Assembly (NCBI GenBank): GCA_043228905.1
Contig: JBHGNT010000006.1
Coordinates: 2,108,001 to 2,172,000, forward strand
Direction of reading: 5' to 3'
Length of the DNA: 64,000 nt
From: Azolla caroliniana
Lineage: Eukaryota > Plantae > Polypodiophyta
Shown here: in pieces, positions 18,001-28,484 of the stretch
Layout: the number at the start of each line of letters is the position of its first letter
Numbering within the stretch: position 1 is the first letter of the stretch
Program-made: the position numbers and the translations under genes
Notes under the pieces: generated by a model
Told to the model about the DNA's origin: nothing
Databases searched by the model: none
What the model saw: the letters and a program-made list of their open reading frames with translations, nothing else

Positions 18001-20687
18001 ATGATCTGCCTAATGCGATTGTTGCTGTCTATCCACAGAGATTGAAATTCACCAACTTTAGAGGAGACGTCACTCTCTTGGCCTCCTGCGGAAAGACTTC
18101 TAATATTGCTTGCCTGACATGCAAGCTCCAGGCACTTCAGCCAGTCCTGGTAAGCTGAATACCAGCCTATCTTTTTACATCTTCCACAATATTGGGATCA
18201 GAAATTTCCAAACTTATCTGATTATTCCCTATCATGATAAACTCACCATTGATGTCCCTTAAGTTCTACAAACAGCTCTTATAAGACTGGTCATGTGTCG
18301 GCTTGCTCTGCTATGTAGGAGCCCAGTGTTAGCTGATGCATCTTCACTTGAACTCTCTTCTGCAAGGACCATGGATCTGGCACTATCCCCTTCCTCCACA
18401 AGCACAACTCCAGTCTCCATCACCATAGGCATCAGACTCTTGGCTTTCGACTCTACAGTCTTGAGCCATGTGTCTCCTCTTAGCTCAGTTGTTGCTCTTT
18501 CCACTGAAAGCCCTTGTGGTTGTATTTCCCCCCTTCTTCTTCCCGAAGTAGTGCAGTGCAGCATTCAGAATTCCTTTTGGCTGTTGTTGTGAATCCACCT
18601 GCGTATCCTCTTGGAATAACAAAGAGAACGCCTCAAGGTAGAGTGGAGAGTTTCTTGCTAGAGTGATCATCATTGTGACCAAACCATCATACATCATGGG
18701 CAAGGTGAGGATGTCTTTCTGCACCAGTTGGACACCCAGAATCTAATCTCGGGGGTGTTCTGATAAAATGCTCCGCCTTGATTTTGGATCCTGGTTTTGT
18801 TCTACATCTTGTTGTGGTGTTGCAGAATCTTTTAGGCATCCACTGCCTTTGATATGCATGGAATGAGAGCGTCAATACAGTATCGGTTGTCTCTGTGATG
18901 ATTACATAGAGGGCATCCACATTCTGCCTTGTCTAACGTTGCACGTCCATTGCGAGTGGAGGGATTATTGCATCAGATTCTTTGTATCTGTTTTTTACCT
19001 GTGGAGTATGATGTCTAAACTTTGCAATCAAACCAAGCATGCTATCCAAGAACTCATAATTGTTCAACATGGTAGTCAACACCCATAGAATGTAGTTAGT
19101 GCAGTCAAAATTTCCCTCAGTCATTCCATCAACCCAGAAATAAGTGCACGACCACTCTCATTTGTTGCCATCTTTGCTGCATTGGTAGAGTAACTGTGGT
19201 ACCTTGTTAATTACCACTACCATTGTGTCTTTGACCTCCTTCAAAACCCTTGTTTGGTTTTAAATGCAAAACCTCAGTGCTTTGACACCATTTTAACTGT
19301 GGAAATTAGAAGGAGAGTTGCAACAATTAATTACAACAGAACATACAATGGAGAAGCAAGAAGACAGATTATATTAACAAGATTGAAGCTAAAGTTAGAA
19401 TATCCAAGAACGTCAAATTGGTTCCCTATGGAACCCATTTATTTCCCACTACAGTTAGGGTGTGCTGGTTGTCCAACAACTAGTGCAGCCTCTACGGCTA
19501 CACGTCTGCTGTTGATACTTGTGTGGTTTCTTTGAAGAAGACATGTGTTTCAGTTTGTGAATATGGATCCACATGGATCTCAAATAGATAGATAGAAAGA
19601 TTGATTATATTAGCGTCTTCGGAGGTCAAATATGACCTATGAGACCAAAACAATTACATTTCACGTGATACGTGTGAAAGTGAGTAGCGACTCTCGATGT
19701 TCAAGAACTTTACCAATGAATGTTGCAATCGAGAGTGCACATTGTGGTTGTGAGAGAAATTCATGCAAGGATTGGGCTTGGTCGAAGATGTGTGGAAAGC
19801 ATGGTCGAATATAATCAAAGGCCAAACATTGTATCAAATTGTGATACTCAGACTCTCCAACATGTTTCACTTGTGCCCCAACGCCCTGTCTCACATCGCA
19901 ATGCATGTGAGCTAAGTCGCATGGAAGCAATGGTTCGAATAGAAGCCAATGGAATGGGCTCTAACATGTATCAATGTATATGTTTCCCCATTCTCCGAAG
20001 AATATGGTTTTGTAGTTGGGTGCAACATGTGTAGTATAATGTATGAAGCGTGAGCCTCCACATTTTTCCATGTCATGATATATTGGCGTTGCAAAAAGGC
20101 CTCATTTACAGAGGAATCTAGTGATGCATCATGGAGCAAATGTGTTGCATCCATTTGCCAAACCACTTTTCACCACTTTTCATATCTTGCATCCAATCGG
20201 AACACAAAATTTTGCTTTTATGCGTCTTTTGGATCTTTTTGCTTGCTTCCCATGCGATTCTAGGAAGTCGATGTGAGGGACTTTTTTGAACCTTAAGCAT
20301 GTATTCAATCAACAACCCTTTCCATGGCCAAGATCTCAATGGGAAGTGATCTCGTCTCAAGGAGGAGGAGGATGTACAATGTTTGTTTCTTAACTTGTAG
20401 AAACTTTGTAAGAAACTCTTTCCAAGTAGATTTAGGGATGCTATCACCCCATACTTCCACCCCATAGAGAAGCACTGGTGTCACCAAAGTGTCGAAAAGG
20501 TATTTCTTAAGGACCCAACACTTCTCCACGATTGCATGTGTTCTCAAATGTATAATACGCTCGCTTTCCCGCTCTAAGCGACATGTAGCACATTCATTCC
20601 ATCTATGATTTGAAGGAACTTCAAGGCCAAGATATTTGAAGCTTTCCACACATTCAAGGGGCTCATTATTGTACATAATGCATGTAC

Positions 20688-20753
<66 letters not shown>

Positions 20754-20846
20754 GGTTAGCATTCGGGTTAAGGTTCAGCAAGATGACCCCACAAACACTG
20801 GTTTGGGAGTTGAGTTTACTCCACTCATATGGTCCCCCATGGATCT

Positions 20847-20904
<58 letters not shown>

Positions 20905-22831
20905 TTTGGTTCAAGATTCAGCTAGATGACCCCATTCTCTGCAGATGAAGCACTGGTCGGAATCCAGTTTACTCTACTCATATGGTTCCCCATTGATCTC
21001 CAAGAGATAGGTCCGTGTTTGGGCCAAGATTAGGCAAGACTCAGCAGATGAAGCACAGGTTTGTATAATCCAGGGATCACTATTCCTCTAAAGCTGAAAG
21101 CTGAATATCTGAGGAAGCTAACCACGACTCATGATTCCCTACTGTAACCTTGAAGGATTGATTGTAAAATGCGTCAGAAAGGCCAAATGTTATGTCACCA
21201 GATCAAATTAAAAATTTTATAGAAAGGGAACACATTGCATTTTAGAGAATACAAATGAGATTAAGTTCTATATCCTCAACGTGTCAAGTTACACAGTTGA
21301 CATTCTCCTATGTTGTGATAGGATGTGGGGAAATTGGTTGAAAATGATTCAGGACTTGCATTGAATGACATGTTGTGGCGCAGCAACATAATTTACACAT
21401 GTTTGATGTCTCAAGGAATGGATATATCTTGAGGAGCTTTTGCCACATATATCTTGAGGAGAATTAAATGGAGCGAGCAGAGTTAGAAAAGGAGTGCAGA
21501 AAACAACGGCAAGTAAGGATGATGTAGTACTCAAGCCCAGACATATGGGCTGTAGCCACTGCATCTCTTGTCTTCTTTTGAACTTGTTCTTAATAGCACT
21601 TTTTCCTTGTTGCTGTTGCAGTGTCACAGCTGAAAACCTCCCTTTTCATCATTTTAGATTGGTACTTTTTGCTTTTTGATAAAGCCTGAGTGTCTCCTCA
21701 GTCTCAGCATCAGTATTCTAAGTGTTCTTTGTTCCCAATTATCATGTGTCCATTGGATCTGCTTGATCTTGGAGGGTCAATTAAGGCTCATGCATTTCTC
21801 CTTCAATATTAATCTTTTTAATGAAGGACAAAAGTGGACACAGGTACATGTATCAATTGCTTAATAAATGATCAGAAATTGTCTCTAAATTATTGTCACA
21901 ACTTCTAGGGCCTGATTATAAATACATGTCCCCAGAATGATGAAGCTTAAGAACAGCCACATGAGATTCCTTTGCCTGTAACATTTATATTTAAAATAGA
22001 TTTTAACCATTGCCTAAACTTTCATTACATGTGTATGTACCCGTATGATTTTTTATTTACTGCTCATGCCACCCCTCTGTTTCCTAATTTCAAGGTGTAA
22101 ATTTTTTTTTCCGCAGTCTCTGTTTGATGTAACTTGTTATATTTGTTATGTGGATAAGAATACCTATCCATGGTTCATTGCTACCTGTTTTTATTTACAG
22201 TCATGTACTGTGTGGATGTATGAATGATCGATTTAATCACATTCCCGACCATGGCCATTGCAGGAGTTCCGAAAGAAGGTGATTGAAAACATGCATGCAA
22301 AAAAATTGACAAACACAAGGAGAAAAAAATACAGTGAAAAAATTTCAGATGCTGAGTTTGACAATATACTGGATGTTCTCACAAGAACACCAACATCTAA
22401 AGATATGGTGGGGTTTTCTGAAACAAAAATTGGCTCATACAGTGACCCGTCCTCCAAGGAAAAGCTTGCAAAACTGCTTCATGTGCGAAAAGTTAAATGT
22501 GTAGAAAGGATGTTGGAATCAGAGATTAGAGATGATCATCCTGGAAGTGAAAATAGAAATGTAGGGGAGAAAACAGAACTGGAGGCATTGCAAAAAGCTC
22601 AACTTGAGGCTGCAGATAGGGCAAGGTAAAACATTTATGATTTATAGCTAGACAAAATGTGTTTTCTTGATCTACCCATGCGAGTATGTGAGTATGGTTT
22701 CTCTGTGAATTCCTTTGAGATCAACTTCCTGCTTTAAATGAGTCTAATTTTATTTCCTCCCTCCATCTCTTGAGTTATATGTGGCCCAATATTGGACATT
22801 AACATATATGTACAACACACACATACGTAAC

Positions 22832-22893
<62 letters not shown>

Positions 22894-23599
22894 AATCTGA
22901 TCCTATCTTCGAATGAATTAGATAACTGTTTTCAAGATATTAAATATGTTGTATGATCATGTCATAGAGCTGGCTGTTACATAGTTGAAATAATATCTCT
23001 CACTCTCTTATTTGTTTTAATTATTGTAGTAGTGCCATAATTATGGTTGTAATGGGATGATATGCACAGCTCTCATGTCATATTCTCCACCGATCCTGTA
23101 CATAGTACCAGGATACTTATTCCTAAGCTCTAGGATTCTTATGACTTGTTTCTTTAGCACTTTCTAATCTAGTTTTTGTATAATGAAGATGATTATTGGA
23201 GCTTTAATAGAAAAGTCATTTTTTGGATGTTTGCAAATATTGATATCACAGATCATTTTATTTCTTGTCTGCATTCATTCCCACTGTCACAAAGACATGC
23301 ACAAAGAAGCTTTTAACCCGGAGTACACTAGGATTTTACATAAATATACAAGACGCTCAAATCTATTCTTATTTAGTTTGGTGGGTACCATGTCTTTGAT
23401 CTTATGTCTCATCATGTTGATTTTACTTTTATGATCTAGGATTCTACTGGCTGAAGCAGAGCTAGCTGCTAGGGCTTTGGAGGCTGCAGGAGCCAGAGAT
23501 GAAAGCCTTACTCGCTCTCTTCTGGAGGCGAGAACCTTATTGGATGAAGCAAACAAAACATTATCGAATACACAGGTCGTATCATCACCTTCCAATTGA
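15072..23599 (+). CDS. Uncharacterised plant protein with NUMOD3-like (nuclease-associated modular DNA-binding) motifs, about 461 aa, 6 coding exons, possible organellar transit peptide
   Basis: Exons 15072-15555, 16120-16172, 16300-16337, 16427-16715, 22264-22625 and 23440-23599 join in frame. Motifs RRERIGTANKGKIPWNKGKSHSPAT, HPQSPETREKL, ELQWDSY, SLPLEQRLKISASVRAKWEDP|EFRKKV and C-terminal LLAEAELAARALE match a conserved plant family. The N-terminus is Ser/Arg-rich. Confidence 0.85.
16936..17370 (+). repeat. Two tandem ~184 bp copies containing a dispersed repeat family (core GGAGGTCAAATATGACC...GCGTGGAATTGAGTA)
   Basis: TCTAATGA(A/C)AAACCACTGAAAAG at about 16937 and 17121, each followed by TTTTATTATTGTTCTCG...AAAACTGAATC. 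Confidence 0.85.
17370..19500 (-). mobile_element. Decayed Ty1/Copia LTR retrotransposon fragment (5' LTR part, PBS, gag, protease/GAG-pre-integrase region, integrase core; RT/RNaseH missing) in intron 4 of the NUMOD3 gene
   Basis: PBS-like TGGTGTCAAAGC on the minus strand (19290-19279), close to the tRNA-iMet PBS TGGTATCAGAGC. Gag-like NFDCTNYILW. Integrase-like KCLQNDLGGEFLSYQFEGYASLEGIQRHLTALYTSQK and AEAFNTIVYIPN. Many stops and frameshifts. Confidence 0.85.
19600..19860 (+). repeat. Copy of the GGAGGTCAAATATGACC dispersed repeat
   Basis: GGAGGTCAAATATGACC at 19621, then GAGTAGCGACTCTCGATGTTCAAGAA and ATTGTATCAAA..TGATACTC, collinear with 17194-17367. Confidence 0.8.
20040..20690 (-). 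mobile_element. 5'-truncated non-LTR retrotransposon (LINE) remnant, end of RT and downstream region
   Basis: Translation CIMYNNEPLECVESFKYLGLEV (RT C-terminal YLG motif), LFDTLVTPVLLYGVEVWG and HRLPRIAWEAS, with frameshifts. Abuts a (GA)n tract. Confidence 0.85.
20690..21075. repeat. (GA)n microsatellites interleaved with 2-3 diverged ~90-100 bp units
   Basis: (GA)n at about 20690-20750 and 20849-20899. Repeated TTCAGC.AGATGACCCC and AGTTTACTC.ACTCATATGGT.CCC. Confidence 0.8.
22838..22890. repeat. (GA)n microsatellite in intron 5
   Basis: Perfect GA run. Confidence 0.95.
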
Positions 23600-23919
23600 T
23601 TGCAGAACTCGTACTTACTGTTTGAGATCATTGCTGCAATGCGTACTGAAGGGAGGATATATGGTTTTGGCACGAGTAAATTTTATTTTACATTACCACA
23701 TCCCAATCAGGAGGTTTGGGAGTGGTAACTTCTTAGCCATTTCAGGCAGCTAACCAAACATCCTATTTCTGTACTCAACCCTAGAATTCATTGCTTTACC
23801 TGATAGCTAGCTCACAAACATTCACTTCTGTACCCAAATCCTAGAATCGTTTAACATTTTCATTCCTACAATGTGTTTGGTTTATCACGATGTGTATTCT
23901 TAGTTGTGATAGTTATCAG

Positions 23920-24110
23920 GTAAATTCTTGAAAAACATCAAGAGCCACCTCTCATTATGTGAAAATTTCACATTTGATCCTATAGGTCGTATTGAACCTC
24001 TTAAGGATAGTAATAAAATCTCTCTCCAAAAACAAGAAAATATTTTAAGATGGTCTTATAAGCCATTTTGACCTCTTTAAATATGTTAATATAGTGTTCT
24101 TTCTCTCTCA
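23920..24110 (-). repeat. Two inverted, diverged copies of the GGAGGTCAAATATGACC repeat family
   Basis: The reverse complement reads GAGAGATTTTATTACTATCCTTAAGAGGTTCAATACGACCTATAGGATCAAATGTGAAA and AAGAGGTCAAAATGGCTTATAAGACC, resembling 34850-34910. Confidence 0.6.
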
Positions 24111-27100
24111 CAATATGTATTTAAATCATTGAACATGCCTTTTTGGTTTCTTTACAGAAGGAGATGAAACATCCATTATAATTTATAAATTGTGCTCTCA
24201 AACAAAACTTAGACTTTACAAGCTCTTTGGTATTTATAGAACATATATATCCTTTCGTAAATCCATGTGATTTATTCGTCTCTGACGATGAGTTGGAAGT
24301 GTTATCGGGTTTGATTTTCAGCAATGTAAGCAAAATGGATATATTGTATAGTCATATTCACAATCCATATGGTGCATCATTCAAGTTCAAATGTATGTGT
24401 ATTTATATGTAAGTTTATGATTACGCTGTCTTCTTTGTATGCTGGTGATGGACAATGCCACAGCCACTAGCACAGATGATATGATTGTTTGGTTTAACAA
24501 TGTGACCGCATCAGGGTAGCAACACATCGTATATGTATGTGAGGTGATACTGGCAGATTTCTCTTCGGTTAAGCATTATTATGTTTTTTAAATTTAATTT
24601 TTTAGTGTTTGTGCAACTTTTGTTGTTTGAAAACATTTTAGCTTGGCATGGGTGGATACATCCAACCATGAAAGGAGCTGGAACTCGTGTCAAGCTACAA
24701 CAAGAGATTTGTCTTAGCATTAAGTAAATAGTGATGATCATTTTTCTGGCAAGAAAAAGTTAGGCCAGGGCCTAGACACACAATTATTCCTCTTTGAAAC
24801 TGTGCGCGATATAGTATACAGCCTCTTAAAAAACAAAGATGGTAGGGGAGAACCAAGCAAATGTAAGTGCTGCTTTAAAAAAAAAGTATCGTTGCCTTGC
24901 AATCACTCTTACAAAAAGCAAATAACAATCTCTTTAATTGTTTTTTAACACTTTTAATTTCATTACGATTTATTTTTTTGGTAGCATTTTGAGTGGAACA
25001 CAATTCACCACAGCACTCACAAAACACAGCATGCATAAAACGTTTTTCATTTCCGAAAATAGGGTTCAAGACTTGCGGTCAAAGGAAGTAGTGGGGCTCT
25101 AGAAAACAAAAATAAAATCTATTTATGCATCACTCTCTTTTGTTCTAAACTTCTATTTATTTATTTATATCACTAGTAGTTACTAAATTGCTAGTTTCAA
25201 TGGTATGGCAATGATGGGTTTATGTTATTTGTATGCTTCAAATTCCAATGACGACCTTAATGCGAAATTCTCAAAATGATCTCGCAATAAAACTGTATTA
25301 TTAGGAGAATTCACTATTGCGCATAGTATTTTAAGAATGACTTTGATGTGAAAGGAATTTGTCACTGTGATTAGGAGAAATCATTCCACATGGAATGGAA
25401 TATATAGAATCTACATAGTCGTTAGTATGTCAACAATGTATCACGGCCCACGGGTGGTCTTGGATAGGCCATCAATGGCCACATATGTGTTCCCAAATGA
25501 TTTTTATTTAGAATTTTTTTCTTCCTCCAATAGTTTCGAAAATAGATGGTCAAATTACACAACAGTAAGCACATGCATAGAAGTTTGAACACATTGTAAC
25601 TCCCTGATAATCATTAAAAACAAATTTGTACACTCTTGCCATCAATCTTGTTATTACCCATTTCTACTTTATCTACAAATTTTATTATCTTCGTTAGATA
25701 ACCTAAGACCACACATATCTGTCTACATTTTACATTGTATCGATGTTTTATATATAAACAAGCAATTGTGCAAGAATATCCAACATATCTTTTGATGTAC
25801 CTTATTTACTATGGTATCGTGGTTGAGTGAAGTTAATGTATGGAAATAGTTACCATAGTGTCATAAACCCTTCAGTGACATATTTTGATACTTACAAGTT
25901 ACAAGTTAATACTACCTCCTTAAAATTTAACTTTGCCTTGCATAAATTTTACGGCCTTTCTCAATAGCCTCCCTAAATTATTGTGAGTGCGATCTGTTAT
26001 TTTTACTTCAACGATAGATCATTATCTTTACCCAACTTCTTGTCCAAATCAGATTTCAAATCATCATACCAACAATATTTGCATTCACACATTCTAATTT
26101 CTAAGAAGAAAGTATTAAAGCTAACGTATGGGAGTGGAGTTTACATCAATTATGTTATGAGATATAATTGTGAAGAAGCTAGAAATTACCCGAACAGTCC
26201 CAAGTAACAAATACTTGACAAGGTCAAAAGGACCTAATATTACCATAAATCTTTTGTTTCCAAGAATGGTATTAAAGCAATTTGTGTGCTTTTTGGAAAG
26301 AAGAAGAAGAAGCAATTTGTGTGGGAGAAAACATTGTTTCTTTGTCTTTGCTCTTTCTTCATCAATGTGTGATCCAAACTTCTCGTAGTGTTGTTGGTTA
26401 TATATTCATAGTAATAGATCAATACACGTATACAGAATAATCATTCCTAAATGTGGTGTGGGAGGCGTTTTATGTTTGTGTCTCAACTAATTGCCTAGAA
26501 CAATACTATGTCATGCCCATTGCACATAGCGTAATAATCTACAAAAATAGGTCTCTATGATTTAGTTGTATAACCAATGGCATATGACAAAACACTTAAT
26601 TGGTGCAATTTAAGAGAAGCTTTATTGCCCATTTTTGTTGTTAATATTCATTATATATGCATATGCTCCTTAAGTTTTACTTTGAGACAAACACTCTTTT
26701 TATTTATATATTGATACTCAACAAAAAGGTGCTTGTAAGTTTTACCCAACAATATTCCATATTGACAGCATATCCAATAAAATTGTGCAAGTTGTTGTCA
26801 GTGCAATAGATAAGAAAGAGATAGAGCTGATGTAGATTCATCCAAATACTCTTTCCCACTAAAAAGAGAAAGGGACAGACAAAGTTGTTACATGCCTTAA
26901 CAAAATGAGAATTGGGGGAGGTGATATGGGTGGATGTACATGGTAAATAAATGAGAGAGTCAAGAGTGTTTACAATTAGGCAATTGGTTGGAAATAAGGA
27001 GGCGTGTCTCGTAATGTCAGACTTGCATAAATTAGTGAGATAGAGAAAGAGGTGATCTTTTTGGTGTAAATAGACAAGAGACCGTAAAGACAAAACAAAA

Positions 27101-27867
27101 GATCATAATGGCTTTTGTTAGCATGCATGTGACCATCATAATAGTGTCAAAAAGCTACAACTTTGTTCATCTCGTGGCACTTGAAATTGTATACATGTGG
27201 AATGTTGCTCGAGTTGTCCACTAGTTGAAGATGTTCATGTTAACTGAGCTTCTGATGTCTTATATGCCTTGATGATTGAAAATAATGATTCGAATGTGAT
27301 ATTGTACTCTAGTTAATAAAAGTGAGCTACATTTGTTTTTGTTATGTTGGGCCAAGGAGGATTCACGCGAGCATGGATTGGGAGCTAGGTGCATTTCTTT
27401 TTATTTAGTTGGAACTAGGATGATTGATGGAAATATGGGATTGGGACACACCTTGGAGATGATGAAGTAATGGTCGGAGCGTCTAATAATTCTTTTACAT
27501 ATATTTTTTCGTGGAATTGCACCCATCATTTCATGTATAAGGCTACGTACATGTTATTATCCTTAGCAAAATGGTGTTGTGTGGGTCACAAGATATCCCA
27601 AATAACATCGCCCACATTTTCAAACAAAGTCAATGATATTTATTCCAAGACACAATTTCAATATCTTTGGGTGTTAAATAGACTCTCAATTATTAGACGG
27701 TGCATGGCATAGATACGACGGAAGCCCACGAGGCATGAGCATTGTCGAGGGAAGTGGCGTATTATGAGAATGCTTTATTCGGAGATGGACGATAGAACGT
27801 GCGCATCCGATACGTATTATCATGACCAACAGAACAGTGAGGTTCATATTCCGTGCTAAGACATGAT

Positions 27868-28020
27868 ATGTATACAGTATATATATATGTATATAATATA
27901 TGTGTATATACACATATGTATATAATAATATACATATGTATGTATGCATGCATGTATGGATGGATGTACATATGTACATATGTATGTGTGTATGTGTGTA
28001 TGTATGTATGTATGTATGAA
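27868..28020. repeat. Compound (TA)n/(TATG)n microsatellite
   Basis: Low-complexity TA/TATG run. The overlapping ORFs are artefacts. Confidence 0.9.
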
Positions 28021-28484
28021 GGAAAGTATAATGGCCACTAGTATGTGTGTGCTATTATGTACATGAACTTGCCTGCTCCTTTGACCCTCCCCAAGCCAAG
28101 AGAAACATAAAAAAAGCTTATGTTTCTATCATCACCACATGGAAATAAGTTAATAACTGTATCTTCTTCTTCTTCTTCTTCTTTATCACCATCATGCTTA
28201 GGCTTTGAATAGCCACCATAGCTAAGCTAAGCTCTCTTGTCTCTGTCACCTCATCCAGTTAATGCTCATGTAATGCTCCACAGAGATGGGATACATAATA
28301 AGACTACCGGATCTCCTCAGCAGATCATATCACTGTTATTCATCTGCAATAACATCAGCTACTTATGAACCAATTCATCTAGCTAGGGTTTAATCAGACA
28401 ACAGATTGTGATATATATATAGGTAGATAGATATATAGATATACAGATACATTTTGATTTAGAGTACCTGTAATCTCATCATCA

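Noticed and set aside
20574-20929. Poly-ER / poly-LS ORFs (also the MCMC and HTHT ORFs near 56200)
   Set aside because: Translations of (GA)n and (ATGTGT)n microsatellites.
23644-23660. ACTGAAGGGAG, a partial match to miR159/319
   Set aside because: Only 11 nt match, in the sense orientation within a 3'UTR, and no hairpin partner is seen.
24400-27860. Scattered short ORFs as small genes (also 6560-6766, 49874-50257 and 52750-52932)
   Set aside because: No recognisable domains or splice-consistent chains. Probably decayed repeats that I cannot classify by eye.
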